A DNA stretch of 63,954 nt, the filler included, from Elsinoe ampelina (lineage: Eukaryota): NCBI GenBank assembly GCA_010093995.1. It is 17 parts of 17 records of this genome, joined end to end, with 100 filler letters (N's around TTAATTAATTAA, not from the genome) between each part and the next. Parts side by side here need not be neighbours in the genome. Positions count along the whole stretch, not along the records: positions 1 to 4,825 come from ML992595.1; positions 4,926 to 9,517 come from ML992596.1; positions 9,618 to 14,175 come from ML992597.1; 14 more parts are not named here. One strand, given 5' to 3'. The position numbers and the translations under genes are program-made. Shown in pieces: positions 1 to 12,598 of this stretch. The notes under the pieces are model-generated. The model made no database searches and was not told where the DNA came from. It worked only from the letters and a program-made list of their open reading frames with translations. The first letter of the stretch is position 1; each line of letters starts with the position of its first letter.

Positions 1-77
1 CTCTATCGCTACTATAGCCTCTATCGCTACTATAGCCTCTATCGCTACTATAGCCTCTATCGCTACTATAGCCTCTA
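1..77. repeat. 18-bp tandem repeat (CTCTATCGCTACTATAGC) x4 plus a partial copy, in RIP'd DNA
   Basis: Four exact units at 1, 19, 37 and 55. The unit is a multiple of 3, so it may once have been coding (Gly-rich on the minus strand if de-RIP'd). Confidence 0.9.
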
Positions 78-3000
78 CTACCTCTACTAATGATTTTAGA
101 CTTAGTACCCTATTTAAGACTAACGTTAATAAGGATATTAACGGCATTAGGGAGAGGTAAGGCTCGAAGAATAGTTACGAGAAAGGTAAGAAGGAGGATA
201 GTAGAGACAATAAAAGGGAGAAGAAAGTTAAGGAGGTTAAAGAAGAGTATAATAAGTTCTTTAGCCCTAGTATTAAGATCGTAGCTAGAGTAGTAGAGGA
301 AATAGGTATAATCGTTAACGGAGGGAATAACTAGGAGTAGAGTAGTATAATAACTATAGCTACGGAGAAGGGGCGTCTACTAGGAAGAGTATAGTTAGAG
401 AAGCTACTAAGCCGAATATTATAGAGAGGATAGAGAGGCCTAATAATCTAGTCGGAGCTATAACTAGAATAGAGAAGCTAGTAGGAGAAGGTAATACTAG
501 ACGCATCGGTAGTAGGATAATTAATAAGGCTTAAAGTAGTCCTTTAATAGTAGAATATAAGGAGGCAAACGAGGTTTACGAAGACTTACTATATAGTAGT
601 CTCTATTATAAAGTATACTTAGCGTAATAGACTAGAATAGTAGAACGGATTACTTCCGATTATTGAATCTACTTCTATAACTTCTTTAACTACTCCTCCT
701 ACCTTACTTACTCTATACCTATAATTCTTATATATCTCTACTCCTTTTCCCTAGTCTAGATTAACGCTATCTACCTCGTCTATACTACCTTAAGATACTA
801 AGTATACCTCTACCTTATCTACTATACGATGTTTAACCTTCCTAGCTATATCTCTAAATACTCTACTAACTATCTATCCCGCCTTACCTTTAACTTACGT
901 AGCTAACTATTCCTCTACGTTAACCTCGTACCTAACTAGTATATTAAACCTCTCTTCCTCTAGGCTTTTCCTACTACTTTCTCCTTTACTTAACCTACTC
1001 CTAAGCTACTACTTCCTTTTTCTCTATCCCTACCTTAGTAATATATACTACTTTCTATATAACTCTCTCTATACTAATAATATCTATATATACTATCCCC
1101 CTCTCCTAGAATAAAGTAGATCTACTACTATCTCCTTCCCTATTTAAACTCTAGCTATAGCTCTCTCCTCCCGATTACTACTAGCGCTTATCGATTTCTT
1201 TATAAGCCTAATTACCTTAACTATATCCCGGCCTACTATAGCTTTCTCCCTAGCTTAACTCCTAACTATAGCTTTCTCTTACCTATTACTCTCTACGCGT
1301 ATTATGTTTTCTACGACGCTCTCTATTAGTACTACTATAAATAACTCTATTACTAACTCTACTACTATATATTCTCTATATTATACTACCTAATCTATAG
1401 TAAACCTAACTATATCCCCGACTACTAGTTCTATTAGCTTAATATAATCTTCTTAAAGTAGACCTATATCTAGGTACCGGCCTAACTTATATATCGCCTC
1501 TAGATCGCCTCTTCCTTCTCCCTCTAGCTCCCCTTAGCTTTATCCTTATTAGCTTGTTTCTCTCTACCTTCCCCTCCTAAGCTACGCCTACTTCTTCTTT
1601 ATCCTAATTCTAGTATAAAGACGTCTTTACTAGTCTTCCTCTACTATAACCTTATTTAAGCTTATTGATTTAATCCTCTTAATATGTCTCTAAAAAGCGC
1701 CTTCTACCCTCTTAGTACTTTAGCCGCGACCCTAGCCCTAATAGTCGTTATATCTTCGATGCGTTAGTACTTATCGCTTAGGAATCTACTATCTTAGTTA
1801 ACTACTAGCTCTCTCCCTATCCTCTATAATTATATATCTTACTTCTAAATATCGTTTCTTTATAAGCTCTACTATAGTACTCCTTACTCTTTGTCCTATC
1901 CTCGGTAAATAGTCGACTATCCTAATATAGAGTAACCTAATTATTACGCTATCTCCTTAGTTAGCAATTAAGCTTCTTCCTTATACCTAACTCTATAGTG
2001 TATTATCAGTATTAATTGCCTAGGCCGTTAATAAGACTTTAAGTCTTCTTATTCTCTAGATTCGAGGAGTTAATACTTCTAGTATATACTATATATATAT
2101 ATAGCTATAGCGTAACAGACGAAGCCTTAAGTCTTCTACTAAGTTAGAGTACTTACTTCTAGAATGTATTTATAGAACCCTTACTCTTTCTAATCTATAT
2201 AGTGCCTCTAGATCGGTACTAATATAGAGTAGGTAATCTATAGATTATAATTACTACTAGTAATTAAGTTCTTCTACTAGAAAAGCTAGACGTAAGGTAG
2301 AGGGTTTTAATTGTAAGGAGCCGGTCTAATTAAGGAGATTTCGAGAGCTAGAGTGTTTCCGAAGGTAGATATAGAACTAAGTAACTAGTAGTCTAAGCAC
2401 CTCCGAGCCTTCGCGCGTAGTAAGGATCTTTATATATATTGCTTTCTAAGGTATATACTCTTATCCTACGATACCTCCTCTAATTACTAGCGCTTAAGAC
2501 ACCTTATAAGGCGTGTAGCGCATAGTTATTACTAATTAGACGTCCCCTAAGCTACTCTTATTATTAATAATAGCTATCTTGTTTACCGAAATAGTATTTG
2601 CTTAACTATTAGATCTAGAGATAGAGGTAGACCTAGAGGAGGTAATAAGGTTAAGGAAGGCTAGAGTAGAGAAGTATACCTTTAACACCTAGAAACATCG
2701 TTAGGATACTAAATATATAGTAGAATCTAAAATCTTATAACATTCTCTATACTCTTTCTAGTTTAGCCTTTTACCTCCTTTATAGCTAGCGTTATCTACG
2801 AGGTTATTAGATATGTCGATTAGGTTACTTATAGCTAGGATCGTTATGTTAGTCTCCTAGCTATTACTAAGATCCTATAGGGCTATCTAGGTAGCTTTAT
2901 AAGCTATACTACAACTTTTAGTACTATGCTCCTTATCTTCTTCGCTTAGAACTAGGTACTTACTATTCTATATCGGTCCGTAATATAACCTTAGGACAAC

Positions 3001-4825
3001 TAGATTAGGTACGTTAATAAGAGACCTACGCTTTTCTATATTTACGTCTTTAGGACGTGCTTTAGCTAGCTACTAAAAGAGAAGAAGCTAGGAGTAAGTA
3101 GGTATATAGTCTAATCTTAATTAGGGGAGTAGAGGGGCTACTCGAAAAGAGTTTACTAGTAGTTAAAGGGTATTCGATAGCTAACTTAGTCTACCGAACT
3201 AAGGGAAAAGAGTTACCTACTTTAGTTATATTAACGCCTAGAATATATACTATACTATATAATGTACAGAATAAGTAAATATTTAAGCACTTCCCTTCTA
3301 TAGAAGCCGGCTAAGTATATGTCTAGATTACTTAGTATTAATAAGCGAGTATTAGGTCTCTAGTGTATCTAGATCTTACTTAGCGTCGACGAAGATTAGC
3401 CTAGGTATTCTCTATCTTCTTAAATTCTTTAACGTAATATAATTATATCGGGTAGAGAGTAAGTGTCTCGAGAGTATAGAACTAAAAGATAAGAGGTACC
3501 TAGTGCCTTTAGTCCTTCTAAGTCTAAGTTCGATAAATTGCTAAACGTATAGGCCTCTATTTATTCTCGAGTCGAGCTTAACTCGAAAGCTACTATTATT
3601 ACATAGGAAACTTTCCTTTATATAACTTGATTTCTAATATATTTATTGCACGCTCTACTATACCTCGCTATATTACTAGATTCTATAACACTAGCGATTC
3701 TAATATATATCCTTTATTAGAGAGATAACATCCTTAGCTAACCTCGATTCTCTCTCTATCGCCCTCCTAATATAACTAACTATAGAAGCTATAGAATCGA
3801 GGCATCGGTATATAGCCTAACTAGTGCGGAAAGCCTCTAGCACCTAATTAGTCTACTTAATCTAGGGCTATACGCTCGATCTATATATCGAAGTCTTCGG
3901 GGGACCTTATAGTAATAGATATTAGAGTAAGCTCTTTATAGCCTCTTCTTTCTCCTCTTATAGCTCTTTCTCGTATCTACGTACGACCTTTTTAAAGCGG
4001 GCTAATCTATCCTATAGCACGACTAAATAGAATATATAGCTCTACTAGTATTAAGCTACCGTTACTACGAGTGTCGTAGTTCTTTTCTATACCTCTATTA
4101 TCTCGCGATATACCTACCCTTTACTCCTACGCGTTTATTTTATAGCCTCCTAGATAGTAGGACTTATATTAGACCTAAATATAGAGATTCCGTTACGGAG
4201 CTTATGTCTTTTATATAGTGCCTTAGTTATAGACTCTAAGACACTAAGGAAAGATTTAGTTATATCCTTATAGGTAAGAGGTAAGAGGAGGTTACTAAGA
4301 TCCGAGATAGTATTTAAGGGTAGGCGCTCTACCTCTAACTATCCCCTTAAGTATATAGTAAGGTTACCTTTAGTCTATTAGTATAATACCCTAGAGCCTT
4401 TAATTACTAAATATACCTAGTAAGGCCGTCTCTAGAGCTATATACTATTAATGTAGCAGTATAACGAATATATTTAATAGGACTAGAGTAGGAGTAGCTA
4501 CTCTTCTAGTAACGTCTCTAAAACTCTAGCGAATTATAGTAGTATTACAGCTGCTTTATAGAGCCGTGTACGTGACCGTAGAGGTAAGAACAATAGCTAA
4601 AGACATAGTAAGATGCTCCGGCGGTGTTATTTTCGACTAGATCTTCTTAATAAACAATAAGTATACTTATATAAAGCGAAGGAACTACTCCTATAGCTAC
4701 TATAGCGCTACTAGAAGACTATTTAGAAGTAGCCGAAGTCCCTACGAAGCCTATTATCGAGGTTATTTATCGTAGTGTCAGCTATAATAGTCTAATTTAC
4801 TAGTCTACCGATAATAACTAGAAGC
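78..4825. mobile_element. Heavily RIP-mutated repeat, family not identified
   Basis: TpA-rich and CpA/TpG-depleted, with no long ORF. The minus strand of ~700-2050 has weak helicase-C-terminal-like remnants only after back-mutation. Confidence 0.45.
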
Positions 4826-4925
4826 NNNNNNNNNNNNNNNNNNNNNNNNNNNNNNNNNNNNNNNNNNNNTTAATTAATTAANNNNNNNNNNNNNNNNNNN
4901 NNNNNNNNNNNNNNNNNNNNNNNNN
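4826..4925. other. Artificial contig linker (44N-TTAATTAATTAA-44N), first of 16
   Basis: The same 100-bp linker starts at 4826, 9518, 14176, 18598, 22923, 27240, 31303, 35337, 39349, 43004, 46410, 49810, 53135, 56384, 59612 and 62718. The 12-mer gives stops in all six frames. Confidence 0.99.
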
Positions 4926-6520
4926 TAGAAAGCCTACTATAATTTTGAACTAGAGTTAGTAGATTATACGCCTCTATACTATATAAGTACTAGTAGATAA
5001 GACTATATATACCTCTTCTACTTCTATATTACTCTAGGACCTTATCTACGTAGTATAGTAAAGAGATGCCTTTACTTATAGCAAGAAATAGAAACTTCTA
5101 AAGGAGAGAACCTTAACTAGTAATAGTACTACCCCTAAGTAGAGCCTATCTAGTAATAGCTTACTCCGGAACAGAGATAGAGTATATATCCTAGAAGAAA
5201 CTACCTTAAGAGTAGAGCTTATATAGCGTAATTATAATAACTCCTTAGGGAGTTACTTTAGCTATATAAAGACCTACCTTAATATAAGAAGGAAGTACTA
5301 GTAGCTAGGTATATCTATCGCTATAAAAGTGTATATCGAGCGCTATAACAGCTACTAAAGGCATAAGGCAACGTAGTATAAGCCTTATAGCCTCCTATAA
5401 CCCTTACTAATCCTATCTATACTTAAGGCCTTATAACACTAGTTACTTAATTTTATTACTAGCTTACCCCCGGTAGAGCTTCGGCCTAGCGTTATTATAG
5501 ACGTAATTGTCGTATATATCTATTACTTGTCTAAGTTTAGTATCTATATACCGACGTTAACTAAGCTTAACACTAAGAACTTTACTAATCTATTTAAAAT
5601 AGACATTGTAATGTTATTTAGAATACTAAAGACACTAGTCTTAGATAGAGAGTCTATCTTTACAAGCAAGTTCTAGAGTGTACTATACTAGCGCTAGAAG
5701 GTGTAATATAAGCTTAGTACTAGTTTCTATCTATAGATAGATAGCTAAACTAAAAGGCAAAACTAGACGCTAGAGTAGTACCTATATTACTTTATCGACT
5801 ATTACTAGATAGACTAGCTATACTAGGTTAAGTAGGCGTAATTCGTGTATAATAACACGTATTAAGCGTTACTATATACTATACTAGTATAGTTCTTGTT
5901 TATATAGGAGATGTACCTATCTAATAATATTAAGGCGCTAGCGCTACCTAGCTATACGCTAGCGTATAACCTATTAGTCGATAACTAAGTATAATCTATT
6001 ACTAAAACGTATATAAAGCTTACTCGACACTTGTATAAAGCATAGAAAGACTAAGCGCTAGTCTATAATAGAGATTAATAAGCAAAAGTCTTCTATAATA
6101 GTAACAAGGTTATACTTAGTACTAAGAACCTTCGTAGCGCTAGACCTAGCTATAAGCTATTAGCTAAGTATATTAGCCTATTTATAATTGTATAACGAAT
6201 TAGTATATAGGTATATAAGCTATACTTACTAGACAAAATAAAGCTAATCTATAACGTCTTTAATATTGCACTACTAGAGCTATATAGGCATAGTAAGGGC
6301 GTGCGCCTACTGCCCCTAGAGGTAGAAGGGCAGGAAAAATACATTATTAAACACATTCTTAGTAAGAGCTATACTAGTACTCTAAAGGCGCTATACTACC
6401 TAGTAAAGTAGTAGAGTTACCCTATAGAAGAAAGTATATAGGAGCTAGTAAAAAACCTTATAAACGCTAAGGAATTACTATATAAATATAAGGTAGCTTA
6501 GCGCAAGTATAGCGCTAGCT
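4926..6520 (+). mobile_element. RIP'd Ty3/Gypsy chromovirus family G3: integrase and chromodomain
   Basis: De-RIP'd reading gives HHCC zinc-finger remnants (~5230-5400), SDRGS.FTSKFW (~5640), HPQTDGQTERQNQTLEQYL (~5730) and chromodomain ...YYLVKW.GYP.EES.WEP (~6390-6450). Confidence 0.9.
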
Positions 6521-6739
6521 AAATACTCTAGACATACTTAGGATTAATAAGTTAAAGGCATAAATCTTAAAGTAAAGAGTACCTAGGCGTAGCGCTAGGT
6601 TAGCTTAGAGTATTATTAGCTTATATAGGGAGAATACTAGCGTAGCGAAAACTATAGAATTATACTAAAGTAAAGGGGGCATAGCGTAGGTATAGTACTC
6701 TAGCTCCCCCTACCTTAACTATCTATATTATTTACCTTA

Positions 6740-7400
6740 GTCTTATTCTTATTATTCTTCTTAACACCGTTAATATACCTAGTTAGCGCTCTTATAGCGT
6801 TATTAATTACCTACGTAGTAGTAGCTTACTTATTCTTAGTAACTACCTATAAGAAAGTTAGTATAGCTTAGGTATTATAGAGGCGCACTTCTAGACTTAT
6901 ATAACTAGCTAAAGCCTTAAGCATAAAGCTAGTATTACTAATTATACCTAGGCGTAGCGCCTTTACTAGCTACTTAGTATCGACTTTAGGGGTAAAGGGT
7001 ATAGTAATAGCGCTATTATAGCGTAAAGAAGTTATACTATTACTATTACTCTTATTAACTACCTTACTCTTACTCTTAGTGTTAGACTTACTCTACGTAT
7101 GCTTAGCACTAGCCTTCTTACGTATATAGTTAGCATAGGTAGTAATCTAGCACTTTAGAAGAATAATATTCTTCTTAGAAGTAGTAGCGTTATTATAGGT
7201 TAGTATATACGTAGTAAAGTATTTATCCTAGAGCTCCTTAGTAGTAACTTAATTCTTAGAGTCGAGCTTAGTAGGCTACTAAGGTTAGTATAAAGTAGAC
7301 GTAGTGTAGGTATAGAGTATACCTAGTAGTAGTGTTTATTACTATAACTATAACAATTATAGTAGGTAGCCTTAGCCTTAGTAATCTAGTAGAGAGAATC
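6740..7400 (-). pseudogene. Possible antisense Cys-rich accessory ORF remnant in the G3 3' region
   Basis: Minus strand has Lys-rich coding-like sequence. TAY codons are spaced as CxxC (~7300), C (~7195) and CxxC-x-RKK (~7125-7137). One frameshift is needed. These Cys are inferred from RIP. Confidence 0.3.
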
Positions 7401-7869
7401 CTTAATAGAGAGTGTACTATCTTTAAGCTAGAGGTGCTTATTAATAGTAATAGCGTAGCGTAAGTATAGTATAGAGTACTAGTTCTAGTTAGTAAAATTG
7501 CTCTTATAAGGTCTATAAAAAGTTAGCGCTAGCGTAGCGTAAGTACTATATATAATACTTACTCCTTAGGAACTTTAGGAGCTATAGTTATTAAAGTACG
7601 TAAGTATATAGGAGGTAAGCTAGTATAGAGCTAGAATAACAAAGAGAAAAAAATTACTACGTAAGTACTATACTAGGTTAGTAAATAAATAACTAAATAG
7701 ATAAGCCTAATAGCTAGATCTATAGTAGCGTAGGCTTAGTATATACGCTAAGCCTCCCCTACTAGCCCTTAGGCTAGTAAGGTCTAGTCTATACTATATA
7801 GCACCTAAAATAGATTACTAGTATAGTATTAAACCTACGTAAGTATAGAGCTAGTATTAAGTAGAATAC

Positions 7870-9517
7870 TTATATAAAGGAAGTATTATAAAGGAGAAAA
7901 GAAGAAGAGAAGGAGAAGAGAAAAGTATATATCTAGCTCTAAGCTAAGCCTAATCTAGAGAATAATAGGTAGTAGTATATAATAATAGGTAGATTCTTAT
8001 ATATAAAGATAATAATATAAGAGCGCTATATTTTATATATAAAGAATTATACTATTATTACTATATCTAGTATACGAAGAATAGTATAGGCTACTATAGG
8101 CGCACTATACGTACGAAGAGTATACTATACCTAAGAGGCGCTAGCGAGACGCTCTTTCCTAGTTTTCTCCTATACTAGGTTTTCTAGGTTTTATCGAGGC
8201 TTATAAGTATAAGAGCGTACCTCTCGAAGAAGAGAAATAATTATAAGGACTAATATAGTAAGTATACTATACTAGCTTATCCCGGAGATACTATTCTCCG
8301 TAGGAGAATAAAACACTCCTTGCCTATAGAATAGATAGAGTAGAGATTAGTCTTATAACAATTGAGGGTATACTAGTATAATACCTATTCTACTTCTATA
8401 TACTTGTCTTTCTAGCTCTAATATCCTACCTTTGTTATAGTATAGTATTCTATAGTACTTTCTCTAGTAGTAATATATAAAAGACTAGATAGATTCTTAT
8501 ATATCTTAGTAGTTCTAGTTTATATATGTTTTTGTTTTTCTTTTCTAGGATCTTAAAGGGTCCTAGTTTAGTATAGTTAAGTTTCTTACTTAGTTATTTC
8601 GTTTTAATGTTTCTACTAAGGAGGTAAACCTTCTCTCTCTCCTATAGAATTAGTCTTATAATTCTCTTTTAGTTAGTAAACCTTACTATTCTTTATAATA
8701 TAAATACTATATTATAGTATAGCTAGTTATATAGTTTCTTAATATTAGCTACTAGTATATTAGCATCTTTAGATATTAGCTTAATTCTAAGTATATTATA
8801 GTATAGATCTAGGTATATTCTATAATTTATATAGAATAGTAAAATTCTATTTACTGATTTTCTATTATTAATAGTAAGTTTTATAAGTAGTAGTAGTATT
8901 ATTTATAAGTCTTACTTATAGTTTAGGTAGTACTATAGGTACTATTCTAGTACTTAATTTACCTGTTCTATTTATTCGTCTATTTATAGATAAAAGGAGA
9001 TTAATAGCTTATATTTAACTCCTAGTAGGTCTATAAATAATTACTAGAATTGTAATATAAATAGCTTATCTCTATTAGTTATTAGGTCTTATAGTACTCT
9101 ATGTTATAAAACAATTATTTAGAGAAAGGCAAAGGCTATATCCTTAGCTATTACTATTGTCTTATATAGTATAAAGTAATAATACTTCGTAAATCTATTT
9201 ACTAGGACTAGAATACTATTATACTTTACACCTATAAGAGGCTCTTCTAATAGTAGTAAGAGTTCTATAAAGTCTATCGTAACTAATTACTATAGTTTAT
9301 TAGGTAGTAGTAAGAGTTATAGTAGGCTATATAGCTTATATCGTAGGTGCTTAGACTTATAGCATGTATTATATATAGTAATATATATCTTTATATTGTT
9401 TTAGAGTTCTTTCTATAGGTAGTTTTATATAATAAGCTCTATAGTCTTATTAATTCTACTATATCTTACTATTAGGTTATTATAGTACATTTAAATAACT
9501 TTTTATTTCTATTCTTA
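7870..9517 (-). mobile_element. RIP'd Ty3/Gypsy family G4: integrase, 3' end and probable LTR; left boundary approximate
   Basis: De-RIP'd minus strand 9285-8935 reads VTIDFIE.LP.SEEP..GVKYDSILVLVDRFTKY...TDRDKLF.SQFW....LGVKHKLS.SFHPQTD.Q.EQVNQVLEQYL. A TATA plus pyrimidine-run LTR-like segment lies on the minus strand near 7890-7935. Confidence 0.8.
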
Positions 9518-9617
9518 NNNNNNNNNNNNNNNNNNNNNNNNNNNNNNNNNNNNNNNNNNNNTTAATTAATTAANNNNNNNNNNNNNNNNNNNNNNNNNNN
9601 NNNNNNNNNNNNNNNNN

Positions 9618-9673
9618 GAGGGGCAGCAGGGGGCCAGAGGGAGGAGGATGTTTTTGATCCGGATGAGATGTAG
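9618..9673 (+). CDS. MED4: Probable C-terminal end of MED4 (...GAAGGQREEDVFDPDEM*), separated from its body by the assembly
   Basis: Frame from 9620 reads GAAGGQREEDVFDPDEM-TAG(9671-9673). The acidic FDPD tail resembles fungal Med4 C-termini. The G-rich composition continues that of the MED4 ORF broken at 18597. Confidence 0.7.
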
Positions 9674-10036
9674 ATATTAATCGGCAGGGAGGGTGTAAGG
9701 AGGACAATGCAGATCGGAGAAGATTTGGGATTGAATGTACGAGGGCAGGGGATGCCGCAGCTCGCACTCGCGGATCGGGGGAGAGTATACTCTGGTCAAG
9801 TCGCCAGTCATCAGGTCCTGAGACGGTCATGTCATGCAGGATAGCGCTCTTGTCACGAGTAATCAGAGGACTGTTGGTCATGGGCGAGAGCAAACATGGT
9901 TCGCGCTCAACGGGGTGCTTCGGAAGGGAGATGTCCAGCATGACACCACCAACAATCCAGCAAGCATCCAGCCGGTAAGAGCGGACATGATACATCGTAT
10001 AACATCGCTACACAACCCCTTTCCCCTTATCCCCGC

Positions 10037-12056
10037 TCAATCAATCTTCAAACTCCCATAAATCGTCTGCACAAACCACCACGCCGACACGAAACCAATC
10101 GTACCTGCAAAAAGTCAGCCACATATCCCACTCCCCACTCCCCTATCCCCATCCTCCCATATCCATGAAGTACTCACCAGTCAACACGAACCACAACCCC
10201 GCCACCACGGCGCTGTACCCCACAAACACCACCCCGGCCCCCCAACTAGCCAACCTCATGCCCCTCCCCCACCACCACAACGCGTACAAAAACACATACA
10301 CGCCGCTCATGCCGCTCGTGTAGAACGCTCTCCACTGCCACCTCCAATCCTCCGCACAAAGCACAAAATACGTGACCAAGACCGTGACGGCCGCGCTGGT
10401 CGTGATCATGAGCCCGAAACACAGGAACAAAAACCCGAACATGTAGTACACCCTGCCCGACCAGAAAGAGGACAAGATGAAGTACAGCTCCACCCATATG
10501 GCCGCGAAAGGCAGGACGGCGACGAGAAGCGCAGAGGGGAAAGGACGCATGTAGCCCTTTGCGCTCGGGGGGATCTGGCGCGGGATCTGGTTGGTTTTCG
10601 TGGGTTTGGGGGGAGGGGACTGCTTGAAGCCGAGCCAGGAGCCGAGGAGGGACAGGGGAAGGGTGATGACGAACCAGATGCCGACGAGCACGAGCATGGT
10701 GGTGAAGGGGACGGCGCCGGAGGAGGCGCGGGCCCAGACGAAGAGGTTGAGGAGGAAGAAGGAGGCGAAGACGCCGGCCGGGAGGAGGGTCGGGGTGAGG
10801 ATGAAGAGGGATTTCCACTCGCCTCCGCCGCCGGATGTGGTGGTGGTCGGGGAGAGGAAGGAGTAGGTCCTGGACGAAGCGTAGCCGGAGATGAGGGAGA
10901 AGATGGTGTACAGCAGGATCATGACGGTTGTTAGACTGCCCCGGTTGGAGGGGGAGAGGAACCCCAGGAGGGCGAAGGCGAGGGTGAAGCCGGTCATGAG
11001 GAAGAGTTGGGCGCCGTTGCCTACGAGGACGGAGAGGAGGAGGGCGTGCCGGGGTGGGCGGAAGACGTCGCCGTGGACGAGCTTCCAACCCGAGTCTTCT
11101 TGGACGTCGTCGGTGAGGGATGTGCCGGAGAGGTCGTCGAGGTTGATGTTGTCGAGGCGGTTGTAGCGTGCGATGTCTTTGCGGAGGGTGCGGATGAGGA
11201 CGGTGGAGACCATGGCGACGAGAACGATGACGACGCAGGCGGACATGATGAGGAAGAACCAGTGGATTTGAGGATTTTCGACGTGGAGGTATTTGTCCCA
11301 TCGCGTGGCGAAGGAGGTGGTGCTGGGTCGCCAGTAGACGGAGTAGGTGTATTGGACTTGGGTGTCTTTCTCTTCGTTGAGGATCATGGGGGCGCGGTCG
11401 TCTTCACATTTGGCTTTGTCGCCGGAAAGCTTGCTGTTGCCTCGGGAGGAGGGTTTGACCAGCACTCCTACCACGCGGTACTTGTCCTTGGATGCCTGGT
11501 GGTAGTCGATGTAAATGTCGTAGTGGTTGTTGAGCACTGGGCGGTCTCCGTCGGTCATGCTACCAAGCGCGAACCCAGGCGCATAGATCTCCTCTTTCCC
11601 ATCAAACTCTGGTTGAGCAGCCGGTAGTCCATCCACCAGCCAATTGATATCAAAATTCTCCCGGATCATCTGGTTGACAAACATGGCATCGTTCGGGCTG
11701 AAGGTTTGAGGTCCGCAAGAATGCTTGCACTCCTCATCTTGACCCATCTTCAGCTCGAACGGGGATGTCTGTATCCTGTCTCCGAACAGTATGCTCCCCA
11801 GCGACTCGGATATGCTTTGTGGTCCTCCTTCTGGCGGGCAAAAGTGGAAAGATGGTAGATAGTAGTCGTAGGCAAAGACGCTGTGGACAGATGGGTCGCG
11901 CACCGAGAAGGAAGGGGAGACATGGTTGACATTTAGAGGCACTCTGTCGCCTGTCTTGTAGTTCGTGGGTGCCACGCCAGGGAGGTAGAAAGACAGCGCA
12001 GGTGTTGAGGCGCTTAGGACGGCGAGGAGTGAGAGCGGCAGCCTGCGGAGAGCCAT
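10037..12056 (-). CDS. EMP70: Nonaspanin / TM9SF endomembrane protein 70; exons 12056-10178 and 10104-10037
   Basis: Signal peptide then FYLPGVAP, ESLGSILFGDRI, QIHWF, EDSGWKLVHGDVFRPP and nine TM segments. A 73-nt intron at 10105-10177 (GTGAGT...GCTGAC...CAG) restores the family C-terminus TGTIGFVSAWWFVQTIYGSLKID* (KxD/E motif). Confidence 0.96.
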
Positions 12057-12598
12057 GGTTCGCGACGAGCTCGGCAGAGCTGATGGATGAGTGAGTGTTC
12101 GCTATCGCATTTGTGATTATTTGAGAGATAGGTCGAGGTGTCACTGTATTTGTCTGCTATGCGCTCGTCGTTCAATGAGGTCGTGATTGGTGCTGTTTGC
12201 GAAAGGGACACCTTGTAATTGAAGCTTGTGACTTTTGAAACCCGAGCCTCGGCCGGCCCTAAAGCAAGGAGAGCTTGCGGAGCCTCAGTACACAAACATA
12301 GCCTTGATACATGCAGGACCATTGACAACTAGGCTTGTCCCTCATTCATGTTGTACTCATTTGATTCATTTGTACTGCATAGCTTGCTTTACCGACTCGA
12401 CCATTCTCGATCAGGCCCGTAATCACAATTCCGCCCTTAAGCATCCATGTCTGCATAGGTAGTAGGCCGCCTCTCCTTGGTAATCGCTGGGACAAAGAAA
12501 ATGCGACATCTCCTGCCATTTGGTCGTGTGGCTGCATTCGTCGTCGATTGTCCATGCATCGGGCATCGTTCCTTGGTTTCGCATGAGACTCGTTATGC

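Noticed and set aside
4870..4881. TTAATTAATTAA as a recurring biological motif
   Set aside because: It is always centred in 44N+44N, so it is an assembly linker.
10143..10177. ORF-track C-terminus of EMP70 (EYFMDMGGWG)
   Set aside because: This is read-through into the 73-nt intron. The spliced end restores the conserved LKID*.
10246..11627. Long alternative-frame and antisense ORFs over EMP70 (351 aa, 206 aa) and over MED4 (17830-18594)
   Set aside because: These are shadow ORFs caused by high GC3 and strand skew. They are low-complexity Arg/Pro/His or Gly/Val/Asp with no domain.
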